DNA of 25,975 nt from contig NZ_SODD01000037.1 in the NCBI RefSeq assembly GCF_004365815.1, positions 1 through 25,975 of the forward strand. Reading direction: 5' to 3'. Every line of letters begins with the position of its first letter. Position 1 is the first letter of the stretch. The notes beneath the pieces were generated by a model. That model made no database searches. It was not told the origin of the DNA and saw only the letters and a list, made by a program, of their open reading frames with translations. The DNA is from Breznakia blatticola. GTDB taxonomy: Bacteria; Bacillota_I; Bacilli_A; Erysipelotrichales; Erysipelotrichaceae. Both the position numbers and the translations under genes were made by a program. This document shows, in pieces, positions 17,096 through 24,291 of the stretch.

Positions 17096-17203
17096 AATTT
17101 GTTTGCTACTCAAATGAGTAATAGAATTCCTGTTTCGGCGTGCGTACACTCCACAGGCGTAAATTCCGCTAGAAGGTTTTTCTTCCCGCGTACATTCTAA
17201 AAC
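17096..17203 (-). promoter_or_regulatory. Structured 108-nt folC-folT intercistronic leader; possible riboswitch-like element (a THF-I candidate, unverified)
   Basis: The outer helix UAGAAU (rc of 17194-17199) pairs with AUUCUA (rc of 17122-17127), enclosing about 66 nt. There are three copies of U[G/U]UACGC. UGUACGC can pair with GUGUACG. The 5' part, UAGAAUGUACGCGGGAAG, resembles the UAG...CGCG..AAG 5' portion of THF-I riboswitches as I recall them. Confidence 0.25.
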
Positions 17204-18445
17204 TTAAGAAAGAGTAGACTCTCCTTTCTTTAAAAACATGTCTCGTACTTCTGCAATAAAATACAAAGACCCACATACAAGTAAGATATGCGACTCATCC
17301 ATCAGTTCGTTGATGGCTTTACGATAGTCTTTGATGATTTTGACATCCTTTCCTGCTGCAATCGTTTCAGCTGTTGCAGCACGTGGAAAATCAAATTCAC
17401 ACACAGTGATATCATCGCTTATTTCCATTAATAAATCGATCATCTCCCCATATGGTTTATCAGCTAGAGCACTAAACAATACTCTAATATTATCATACTC
17501 ACGACACGAGTCAACAAGAGCACGCATACCTTCAACATTATGTGCACCATCAATAATAACTCGAGGATGTTTTTGAATTTCTTCGAATCTTCCTTTCCAA
17601 ATTGCATTTCGTATTCCTTGATGCAAGTCTTGATCACTAAATGTAACTAATTCACGTTGTCGCAATTGCAATAATGCTTCTATTGCCAAACTTGAGTTTT
17701 TTGCTTGGTATTTTGCCAATGTTTGTTGGTTAAAGTGCATATCACGATACGTAAAGTGAAGCATATCATCCACATATACATCACGTGGATCATCACATAC
17801 GATCATTTGACTGTCGACTTGTTTGCATACGTTCGCAAAAACATCTAAGCATTCTTGTCTACGCTCCATAGTCACAAGTGGTGTGTGTGCTTTAATGATC
17901 CCTGCTTTTTTCTCAGCAATTTCAACATAAGTTTTACCCAAGAATTCCATATGGTCCAACCCGATATTTGTAATTACACTGATCATTGGAAAAATGATAT
18001 TTGTTGCATCACGGTCTCCACCCATTCCTACTTCGAAAATCGCTAAATCAACTTTTTGGTCCACAAAATATTGAGCCGCAATAAACATATCGATTTCAAA
18101 CATGCTTAAATCGTGTTCCACCCATTTTTCATAGTATGTATTTGCATAATCAACAATTGCTTGATCACTAATAAACGTATCATTGATACGAATTCGATCA
18201 TGATGAGTTTCCAAATACGGTGATGTAAACGTTCCTACTTTATAACCAGCTTCCATCAATACGTGATTCATCGCATTAACGGTGCTACCTTTTCCATTTG
18301 TCCCAGCTACATGTATACATTTTAGCTGAAGGTGTGGATTTCCTACTTCTTCCATAAATGCTTTTAGAGACAACAATTGTAATCCATTGCGTTTTTTTAC
18401 TTCTATTTTATCGATGACTTGTTTTGAGTTTGTAAATTTCATCAT
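17204..18445 (-). CDS. folC: Bifunctional folylpolyglutamate synthase / dihydrofolate synthase, 413 aa
   Basis: P-loop HVAGTNGKGST, a Mur-ligase-like fold and a DGAHN motif. The ATG directly abuts the TAA of ung, with GGAG 7 nt upstream. Confidence 0.9.
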   Translation of the reverse strand: MMKFTNSKQVIDKIEVKKRNGLQLLSLKAFMEEVGNPHLQLKCIHVAGTNGKGSTVNAMNHVLMEAGYKVGTFTSPYLETHHDRIRINDTFISDQAIVDYANTYYEKWVEHDLSMFEIDMFIAAQYFVDQKVDLAIFEVGMGGDRDATNIIFPMISVITNIGLDHMEFLGKTYVEIAEKKAGIIKAHTPLVTMERRQECLDVFANVCKQVDSQMIVCDDPRDVYVDDMLHFTYRDMHFNQQTLAKYQAKNSSLAIEALLQLRQRELVTFSDQDLHQGIRNAIWKGRFEEIQKHPRVIIDGAHNVEGMRALVDSCREYDNIRVLFSALADKPYGEMIDLLMEISDDITVCEFDFPRAATAETIAAGKDVKIIKDYRKAINELMDESHILLVCGSLYFIAEVRDMFLKKGESTLS

Positions 18446-19096
18446 TTATAATCTCCAATCAATTTCTGTTTCATTATGTTCCTTTAAGAATGCATTGGTT
18501 TGTGAGAATGGTTTACTACCAAAGAACCCACGATATGCACTTAATGGAGATGGGTGTACACTTTCCAAAATAAGATGATTTGGATTATGCAACAACGCTT
18601 TCTTTTCAATCGCTTGTTTTCCCCATAAGATAAAGACAATCGGTGTATCTTGTTTATCAAGCTCCATCAATACACGATCTGTAAAGATTTCCCAACCTTT
18701 TCCTTTATGTGAATTGGCTTTATCTTTTTCTACAGTTAATACCGTATTTAATAATAAAACGCCTTGTTTTGCCCAGTTGGATAAATCACCAAACAAAGGA
18801 ATTTCATATCCCATATCCGCTTTTAATTCCTTAAAAATGTTCTGTAGACTTGGTGGTATTTTTACACCCATTTCCACAGAAAAAGCAAGACCCATCGCTT
18901 CATTTTGTCCATGGTAAGGGTCCTGTCCTAAAATAACAACCTTTACTTGTGTATCTTTAAGTAATTCAAAAGCATGAAACCATTGTTCTTTTGGTGGGTA
19001 GATGGTTTTACTTTGCATCTGTTCATCTAAAAACTTCATTAGTTTTTGATAATACGGTTGTGTTTGTTCGTTTGCTAAAAATGTATCAAATTTCAT
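18446..19096 (-). CDS. ung: Uracil-DNA glycosylase (family 1), 216 aa from the internal ATG
   Basis: VVILGQDPYHG, GVLLLN and ESVHPSPLSA motifs. The start is set at MKFDTF because an extended -10 promoter lies inside the 30-codon N-terminal extension of the track ORF. Confidence 0.88.
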   Translation of the reverse strand: MKFDTFLANEQTQPYYQKLMKFLDEQMQSKTIYPPKEQWFHAFELLKDTQVKVVILGQDPYHGQNEAMGLAFSVEMGVKIPPSLQNIFKELKADMGYEIPLFGDLSNWAKQGVLLLNTVLTVEKDKANSHKGKGWEIFTDRVLMELDKQDTPIVFILWGKQAIEKKALLHNPNHLILESVHPSPLSAYRGFFGSKPFSQTNAFLKEHNETEIDWRL

Positions 19097-19118
19097 AATA
19101 TCTTTTCTCAATGGCAAA

Positions 19119-19127
19119 ATTATATCA
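19119..19127 (-). promoter_or_regulatory. Extended -10 promoter element TGATATAAT for the ung-folC-folT unit
   Basis: TGnTATAAT read on the minus strand, 22 nt upstream of the ung ATG. The -35 (GTCGAA) is weak. Confidence 0.5.
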
Positions 19128-19201
19128 TAAAAGCTTATGACTTCGACATCATTATGACATGTTCGCATCAATATAAAGAAAAACATGCCATTTTAGACAT
19201 G

Positions 19202-21268
19202 TTATCTCACTTTTGTGATTAATACTCCATATGGATATACATCAAATTGATCCACATTGTGATCTTGTACAATTCCATCACTGAAGATAATGGTTTGACT
19301 TTCTAGTGGTTGCACATGAAATGTTTCTCCTGTTGGATTAAAATACACATGAAGTTCATGATCTTCATCACTTACTTTATACACCAACATTTTTTCATCC
19401 ACATGATCATAAATCACATGATCATAGATATCTTCAACTTCTCGTTTACGAAATACTGGGTACATCTTTCGTAAGGAAATTAAATCTTTTGTATAGGTTA
19501 CAACATCAGCATTTTTTGCGATTAATGTATAATCCAATCGATTGATATCATCACCACTATTGTATGAATTACGAACCCCTTTTTTCGTGCGTAAGAATTC
19601 TTGTCCAGCATGTAAAAATGGAATTCCTTGCGCAAGCAAGACAAATACAAGCATCATCTTGTGTTTCTTACGTTTGATTTCATTTGGCTCATCTGCGCAA
19701 GCTAAATTAATGTAATCAAATGATGTATACCCATCATGACAAACCACATAGTTTAGTGCATGGGTTGGTGAACTAAAGATTTTGTGATACCCAAAATCAC
19801 CTACACTTGCACCAAGCACATTCATCGTTTGAAACATACGTGCTACATTACCTAATGCATACCCTTTATCATAATAGGTATTGCTTGGATCTCCTTTAAC
19901 TGCTTGACGAAACACATCTGAAAAATGCGCAACATGCTCCATTTTCTCATTATTTATAATGGCAGCACGCTTGTCTTCTTGTAAGCTTGAAGGCATATTC
20001 CAACCTTCTCCATATATCATAAAGTCCGCTTTTTTTGCTTTTGCTTTTTTGCTTATCTCATTTAAAGTATCCACATCAAGAATTCCCATCAAGTCAAAGC
20101 GTAACCCATCAATATCAAAATAATCAATCATATATTGACTACTAGCAACAATCATCTTTCTACACATCAAGCGTGATGAATCAATATCATTTCCACACAT
20201 GGATGCATTTGTATATGTGTAGTCATCAGTAATTTGGAAATAGTAATATGGTACAGTTTTATATAAACTTGAACTCTCTATCTCATATAAGTGATTATAG
20301 ACAACATCGATATTCACACGCATATCTTTCTTATGAAACTCTTGGATCATCATTTGGCATTCATAAATACTCTGTTCGGGGTTGAACGGATTACTCCCAT
20401 ATGCATTTGATAAACTAAACCAGTGGTTTACATCATAGCCCCAATTGTAGAATTTCTTTGGACGACTATCATCCACACCAAAAAAGTCAAAGATGGGAAG
20501 CAATTGCACATGTGTAATTCCTAAAGATGCAAAGTAATCAATTCCTGTTTTGGAGTGATTGGACATCCCAAGCGCTTGAAAGGTTCCAGCTTCACTAGCA
20601 TCACGAACACTTAACTCATAAACAACGGCATCGACTTCCGATTCGATTGGTGTTTTTGGTTGTATACACTGTGGTTTTTGTGGATTTACAACAATACTAT
20701 AATGTGCATTTGCATCAACTGCTTTACCATAGGGGTCAATTGTCGCAAAGATATGGCCATTCACACTAACTAAATAATGATAGCGTTGATGTAATACATC
20801 TTCATAAACTTTACGTGAATACACTCCATGTTCATCACGAAACATCGGATAGATGATACGTTCTCCATTGAGTATTTCTAAATCTACACGGTAAGCAGTA
20901 GGTGCCCAAACTTTAAACATCGTTCCATTTTTATCATAACTAACACCTAAGTCATCCCCATCATAATAAAAGCGTTGTTCAAAACGATCCGTTTTCACAA
21001 CCATGGCAAATTCGAGCGGTGTTCGTCTTCCTAATTCGTGAACCACATCATATTGAATTCCATAAGTGATTGGTTTACTCAGTTTACAGGTATAACAAAT
21101 ATAGTCATCCACTTCTTCTTGGCTTTCAACCATGAGATCTAAAAAATGATGATCGGTATCTTCCATATAAAAACTCACTGGAATCTCAGTGATACTTTCT
21201 TTCTTTCGATATATATGCAACAAATCTTCATCATCAAGATATGCTTCAAAAAAACTATGCATTCTCAT
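19202..21268 (-). CDS. pulA: Type I pullulanase / debranching enzyme (GH13 with N-terminal CBM48-like domain), 688 aa
   Basis: The type I pullulanase signature YNWGYDV is present, with GH13 regions DVVYNH, GLRFDLMG, YGEGW and YVVCHD. No signal peptide is visible, so it is probably cytoplasmic. Confidence 0.85.
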   Translation of the reverse strand: MRMHSFFEAYLDDEDLLHIYRKKESITEIPVSFYMEDTDHHFLDLMVESQEEVDDYICYTCKLSKPITYGIQYDVVHELGRRTPLEFAMVVKTDRFEQRFYYDGDDLGVSYDKNGTMFKVWAPTAYRVDLEILNGERIIYPMFRDEHGVYSRKVYEDVLHQRYHYLVSVNGHIFATIDPYGKAVDANAHYSIVVNPQKPQCIQPKTPIESEVDAVVYELSVRDASEAGTFQALGMSNHSKTGIDYFASLGITHVQLLPIFDFFGVDDSRPKKFYNWGYDVNHWFSLSNAYGSNPFNPEQSIYECQMMIQEFHKKDMRVNIDVVYNHLYEIESSSLYKTVPYYYFQITDDYTYTNASMCGNDIDSSRLMCRKMIVASSQYMIDYFDIDGLRFDLMGILDVDTLNEISKKAKAKKADFMIYGEGWNMPSSLQEDKRAAIINNEKMEHVAHFSDVFRQAVKGDPSNTYYDKGYALGNVARMFQTMNVLGASVGDFGYHKIFSSPTHALNYVVCHDGYTSFDYINLACADEPNEIKRKKHKMMLVFVLLAQGIPFLHAGQEFLRTKKGVRNSYNSGDDINRLDYTLIAKNADVVTYTKDLISLRKMYPVFRKREVEDIYDHVIYDHVDEKMLVYKVSDEDHELHVYFNPTGETFHVQPLESQTIIFSDGIVQDHNVDQFDVYPYGVLITKVR

Positions 21269-21291
21269 ATTCTACTTACCTCTTCTTATGT

Positions 21292-21300
21292 ATTATACCA
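21292..21300 (-). promoter_or_regulatory. Extended -10 promoter element TGGTATAAT for pulA
   Basis: Read on the minus strand, 23 nt upstream of the ATG at 21268. Confidence 0.5.
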
Positions 21301-21390
21301 TGTTCATGTTTACGAAAAAAATAAGGTACACTGTACAGAATTGCTGTACTTATGTTGTATGATGTAATTTATGTTGAAAACCTAATTATA

Positions 21391-21399
21391 TGGTAAAAT
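21391..21399 (+). promoter_or_regulatory. Extended -10 promoter element TGGTAAAAT for the 61-aa plus-strand ORF
   Basis: TGnTAAAAT lies 40 nt upstream of the ATG. A TTGAAA sits upstream with a short (14-nt) spacer. Confidence 0.4.
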
Positions 21400-21438
21400 T
21401 AAATAGAACAAAGCACATTATCAATGAGGTGAAACGAA

Positions 21439-21624
21439 ATGAATATTCATGATGAAATAAGATTATATGATAAAGTTCTAGAATTGATTCCTGGAAATTT
21501 TTATGATGACGAAGATTATCCAAATGATGTATTGGTGGATGTTATGGATGGAAAAGGAGAGTTACCCGATAAATATAAGCCATATATAGAGAAGGCAAAA
21601 AAAATGTTAAATTTGACACCTTAA
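21439..21624 (+). CDS. Hypothetical small acidic protein, 61 aa
   Basis: A strong RBS GAGGTG lies 7 nt upstream of the ATG, a promoter-like element lies upstream, and there is no overlap with other genes. No family was recognised. Confidence 0.5.
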   Translation: MNIHDEIRLYDKVLELIPGNFYDDEDYPNDVLVDVMDGKGELPDKYKPYIEKAKKMLNLTP

Positions 21625-21642
21625 TGTAGGCTGCTGAAAAAG
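21623..21642. repeat. Left arm of a long-range inverted repeat (AATGTAGGCTGCTGAAAAAG)
   Basis: It matches the reverse complement of 21900-21932 (AATGTAAGG[CACAGTGTGAG]GTTGCTGAAAAAG) in two blocks of 8 and 11 nt. It begins inside the TAA of the 61-aa ORF. Confidence 0.6.
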
Positions 21643-21783
21643 TCTAAACTGTAGTAAAAGTGAAACAAACGGAATTGATGTAGGTGGAGTTGTTGGAGAT
21701 GGATGTGGTCTTTTAGGTATATCCATACAAGGAGCAAGTGCGATATTCCTCTCAAATATGAGAAGAATTGAGAAATTGATGAA

Positions 21784-21835
21784 AGAAAAAACGAAGAATA
21801 ATGGATAGAAATCCAATTAATTCTTCGTTTTTTTC
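21784..21835. terminator. Bidirectional rho-independent terminator shared by the convergent 61-aa ORF unit and the ftsX'/CHAP unit
   Basis: A 10-bp stem AACGAAGAAT (21790-21799) pairs with ATTCTTCGTT (21820-21829). There is an inner GGAT-agaa-ATCC helix. It is flanked by an A-run on the left and a T-run of 7 on the right. Confidence 0.75.
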
Positions 21836-21899
21836 ATATGTTTAAATAAATTTGCTTAAATTGTCTGAATGTTTAGAATACTGATAATTCAAGCAAGTT

Positions 21900-21932
21900 C
21901 TTTTTCAGCAACCTCACACTGTGCCTTACATT
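21900..21932. repeat. Right arm of the long-range inverted repeat; contains an internal palindrome CACA-C-TGTG
   Basis: See the left arm. This arm abuts the stop codon (21933-21935) of the CHAP hydrolase gene. Confidence 0.6.
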
Positions 21933-23228
21933 CTATAGATAAATAAATCCAATTGGTGTTCCACGTTGTGCGCATAATGCAGCATAACTCATTTGACTTG
22001 TTAGTGTATATTGAATTGCTACATCTAAACTTGTCCACGTTGGAAGTCCACCACCTGGTGCATTAACATTTGCTTCAGAAATGGTAATTGTTCCACCACC
22101 ATAACTTTCAACGAATGCGACGTGACCATAATATCCATGTCCCCAAACCGCAATTGCATTTGTTCTTGGTTCGCTTCCTACACTATATCCACGTGCAGCA
22201 GCTGTACCATACCAATCTTGTGCATTTCCAGTTGGAAGTCCCATGTAACTACCGTTATTTACTTCATTTGCACGTCCATATGCATACCATGTACATTGTC
22301 CAATGTATTGCGCTACAAATGGGTTTAATCCTGTAGTATACCAACCAGAATACCAATCACGGTTCCAGTTTAGTGATCCACTTCCTGCATTTGGTGGTGC
22401 TGCCATTGTTGGCATCAATCCGGTCATCGAATCCACCATGGAATCCGCAGATGCAATTTGTGCACGCAATTGTTCTTGTTTTGTAAGAATCTCATTATAT
22501 GCAAGTTCTGCTTTTTCTTTTTCTTGTGCAAGTTGTACACGTTGTACTTCTAAGTTTTGTTTTTCTAATTCGTGTGTTTCTTTAACCCGAACTTTTTCCG
22601 TTTTTGCTGCTTCAAGTTGCTTAACTTCTTCTTTAAGTTCATCCATCAATTTACGGTCCGCGTCATTGATAGTTCCAATACTTTCACTACGTTGAATGAA
22701 ATCAACTAAATCTTCCGCACCCATAATGAAGTCAACATATTCATTTGCATTGATAGAGACTTGAACATCAAGTAAACGTTCCAAGATTTTCTCTTTTCTT
22801 GCTTGTACTTTTTCTTCATGTAAAGCAATTGCTACATCTGCTTTTGCGATTTCATCTGCAATACTTTGAATTGCAGCTTCTTGCATTGCAATTTCGCCTT
22901 CTTTATTTGCTACATCTTCTTTTGCCTTTGTGTAGTATGCACCAAGTTCATCAATGTTTCCTTGAATTGCATTGATCTCACTTTGCGCATTATTTTTTTG
23001 CTGTGTTCCAGCATTTATTTTTCCTTGTAAGTAATTGCGGTATTCATTACATTTCGCAATTGTATTTTGATCTGTCGTATACTGCGTACATAACTCTGTC
23101 CAGTATCCTTCATTTCCTTCAAACTCACTTTTTCTTTGTACGTTTGGATTTTGAATGTTGAACCCAACCAACATTGCTACTACAAGTATACCTGCAGTAA
23201 TTTGTTTTATTCCTTTCGCTAAATTCAT
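21933..23228 (-). CDS. PcsB/CwlO-like secreted peptidoglycan hydrolase, 431 aa from the internal ATG: signal anchor, long coiled-coil domain, C-terminal CHAP amidase/endopeptidase domain
   Basis: N-terminal TM segment ITAGILVVAMLVGF. About 250 aa of heptad-rich sequence follow, including ANEYVDFIMGAEDLVDFIQRSESIGTINDADRKLMDELKEE (the PcsB/CwlO-type pattern). The CHAP motifs are GQCTWYAYGRA (Cys) and GHVAFVE (His). AGGAGG lies 6 nt upstream of the ATG at 23228. Confidence 0.8.
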   Translation of the reverse strand: MNLAKGIKQITAGILVVAMLVGFNIQNPNVQRKSEFEGNEGYWTELCTQYTTDQNTIAKCNEYRNYLQGKINAGTQQKNNAQSEINAIQGNIDELGAYYTKAKEDVANKEGEIAMQEAAIQSIADEIAKADVAIALHEEKVQARKEKILERLLDVQVSINANEYVDFIMGAEDLVDFIQRSESIGTINDADRKLMDELKEEVKQLEAAKTEKVRVKETHELEKQNLEVQRVQLAQEKEKAELAYNEILTKQEQLRAQIASADSMVDSMTGLMPTMAAPPNAGSGSLNWNRDWYSGWYTTGLNPFVAQYIGQCTWYAYGRANEVNNGSYMGLPTGNAQDWYGTAAARGYSVGSEPRTNAIAVWGHGYYGHVAFVESYGGGTITISEANVNAPGGGLPTWTSLDVAIQYTLTSQMSYAALCAQRGTPIGFIYL

Positions 23229-23245
23229 TGATGACCTCCTATGAA

Positions 23246-24148
23246 CTATCGCTTCCATTTTAAGTTTTTATTGATTGCTAGCAAACTACCGATAAATCCA
23301 ACGAAAATACCGATGGCTAGTAAAATCCCACTCAAGTATACCACAAATGGTAGTGGAGCTAATAATGTAAACATCGAAGTTAACATATGTCCACCAAGCA
23401 TATCATATACATACCCATATCCAAATATCGTCAATAAGATTGGAATGATGGAACCTAGTATCCCGATAAAGATTCCTTCAAATAAGAATGGTGCTTTAAT
23501 AAAACTGTTACTTGCTCCTACATTACGCATAATTGCGATTTCTTCACGTCGGTTATGGATATTAATTTTAATCGTGTTTGAAATTAAGAACATCGCTAGA
23601 AAACTAAGTGCCGCAATGAAAATTCCACCATAAATACGAATGCTATTAAATCCTTTAATCATTGCATTTACACTATCTCCACCATAGTTTGCATCCATGA
23701 TGCCATCTATTTCTAAGATCTTTTTCTTAATTGCTGGTACGTTTTTTCCTTCATCTGCATCTACATAAAATGCTGCTGGCAAAGGATTACTATTTTTAAA
23801 ACTGTTGTATTTTCCTTTACTTTTTTCATCATTGATTAATAAATCCAACTGTTCGCTAGCACTTGAATAACGCACATTTGTGACATGATCAATAGACTTT
23901 AATTTTGTTTCCAATTCTGGAATTTGAGTATCTTCCACAATCGTATCCACACGTGCTAACACTTGAATGTGTGTTTCGATATTTGTGGTAAAACTTGAAA
24001 CGTTAAATGCAGCAACTGCAAATAACATGATTAAAATCAGTGTAACTGTAACCGCAAAAATACTGGAAACAGATGCTCCCAGGTTTCTTACAATGCTTTT
24101 ACATGCTTTTTTTATATTATAAGGTATTGATTTGATAGCTCTAATCAT
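23246..24148 (-). CDS. ftsX: FtsX paralog 2 (cell-division ABC permease-like), 300 aa from the internal ATG
   Basis: FtsX architecture: a basic N-terminus, TM1, an extracellular domain of about 110 aa, then 3 TM with NRREEIAIMRNVGAS..FIK.PF.FEG. It ends NKNLKWKR, like the upstream paralog. The start is set at MIRAIKS, with AGAGGG upstream. Confidence 0.8.
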   Translation of the reverse strand: MIRAIKSIPYNIKKACKSIVRNLGASVSSIFAVTVTLILIMLFAVAAFNVSSFTTNIETHIQVLARVDTIVEDTQIPELETKLKSIDHVTNVRYSSASEQLDLLINDEKSKGKYNSFKNSNPLPAAFYVDADEGKNVPAIKKKILEIDGIMDANYGGDSVNAMIKGFNSIRIYGGIFIAALSFLAMFLISNTIKINIHNRREEIAIMRNVGASNSFIKAPFLFEGIFIGILGSIIPILLTIFGYGYVYDMLGGHMLTSMFTLLAPLPFVVYLSGILLAIGIFVGFIGSLLAINKNLKWKR

Positions 24149-24187
24149 TATCCTTTTCCCTCTTTTCCGAAATTCATCTACTAAACA

Positions 24188-24216
24188 ATTATAGCAAACT
24201 TCACATGACAAACCAA
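24188..24216 (-). promoter_or_regulatory. Promoter TTGGTT-17-(TGc)TATAAT for the ftsX'/CHAP hydrolase unit
   Basis: Extended -10 TGCTATAAT (24188-24196) and a partial -35 (24211-24216), read on the minus strand between the two ftsX genes. Confidence 0.5.
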
Positions 24217-24259
24217 ACTTTTACATCATAAATGTAAAAAAATATGAATGAATGGTTCA

Positions 24260-24291
24260 TAAAAAAATAGTAGCATATTACACGCTACTAT
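24260..24291 (-). terminator. Rho-independent terminator after the first ftsX
   Basis: Minus-strand AUAGUAGC-GUGUAAUAU-GCUACUAU followed by a U-run of 7. The 5' arm overlaps the TAG stop at 24288-24290. Confidence 0.65.

Noticed and set aside
19097-19186. N-terminal extensions of several track ORFs: ung 19097-19186, ogt 14679-14714, ftsX' 24149-24211, CHAP 23229-23258, folT 17096-17149, guaB 7658-7669, cofE-like 6013-6033, glgA 9265-9273, ftsX 25194-25208.
   Set aside because: In each case an internal ATG is preceded by a properly spaced SD, and the family's conserved N-terminus begins there. The extensions also overlap promoters, terminators or the upstream gene. For guaB the internal start reproduces the canonical Cys319/Arg418/Tyr419 numbering.
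21638-21700. A double-glycine leader bacteriocin reading of ...SKSETNGIDVGG/VVGDGCGLLG...
   Set aside because: There is no start codon or SD. The hydrophobic and Glu positions are out of register with the LSxxELxxIxGG leader consensus. No C39 peptidase ABC exporter or immunity gene is nearby.
21607-21816. A 69-aa minus-strand ORF (MDFYPLFFVFSF...PSPTTPPTS...).
   Set aside because: It starts at a TTG inside the terminator loop without an SD and overlaps the 3' end of the 61-aa plus-strand gene. Its Pro-rich stretch is simply the complement of the Gly-rich plus frame.
21623-21932. An inverton (phase-variable invertible promoter) interpretation of the repeat-bounded segment.
   Set aside because: The segment lies between two converging gene ends and carries a symmetric terminator rather than a directional promoter. 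Inversion would therefore change little. No invertase or recombinase gene is in the window. It is kept only as a low-probability alternative in the finding.
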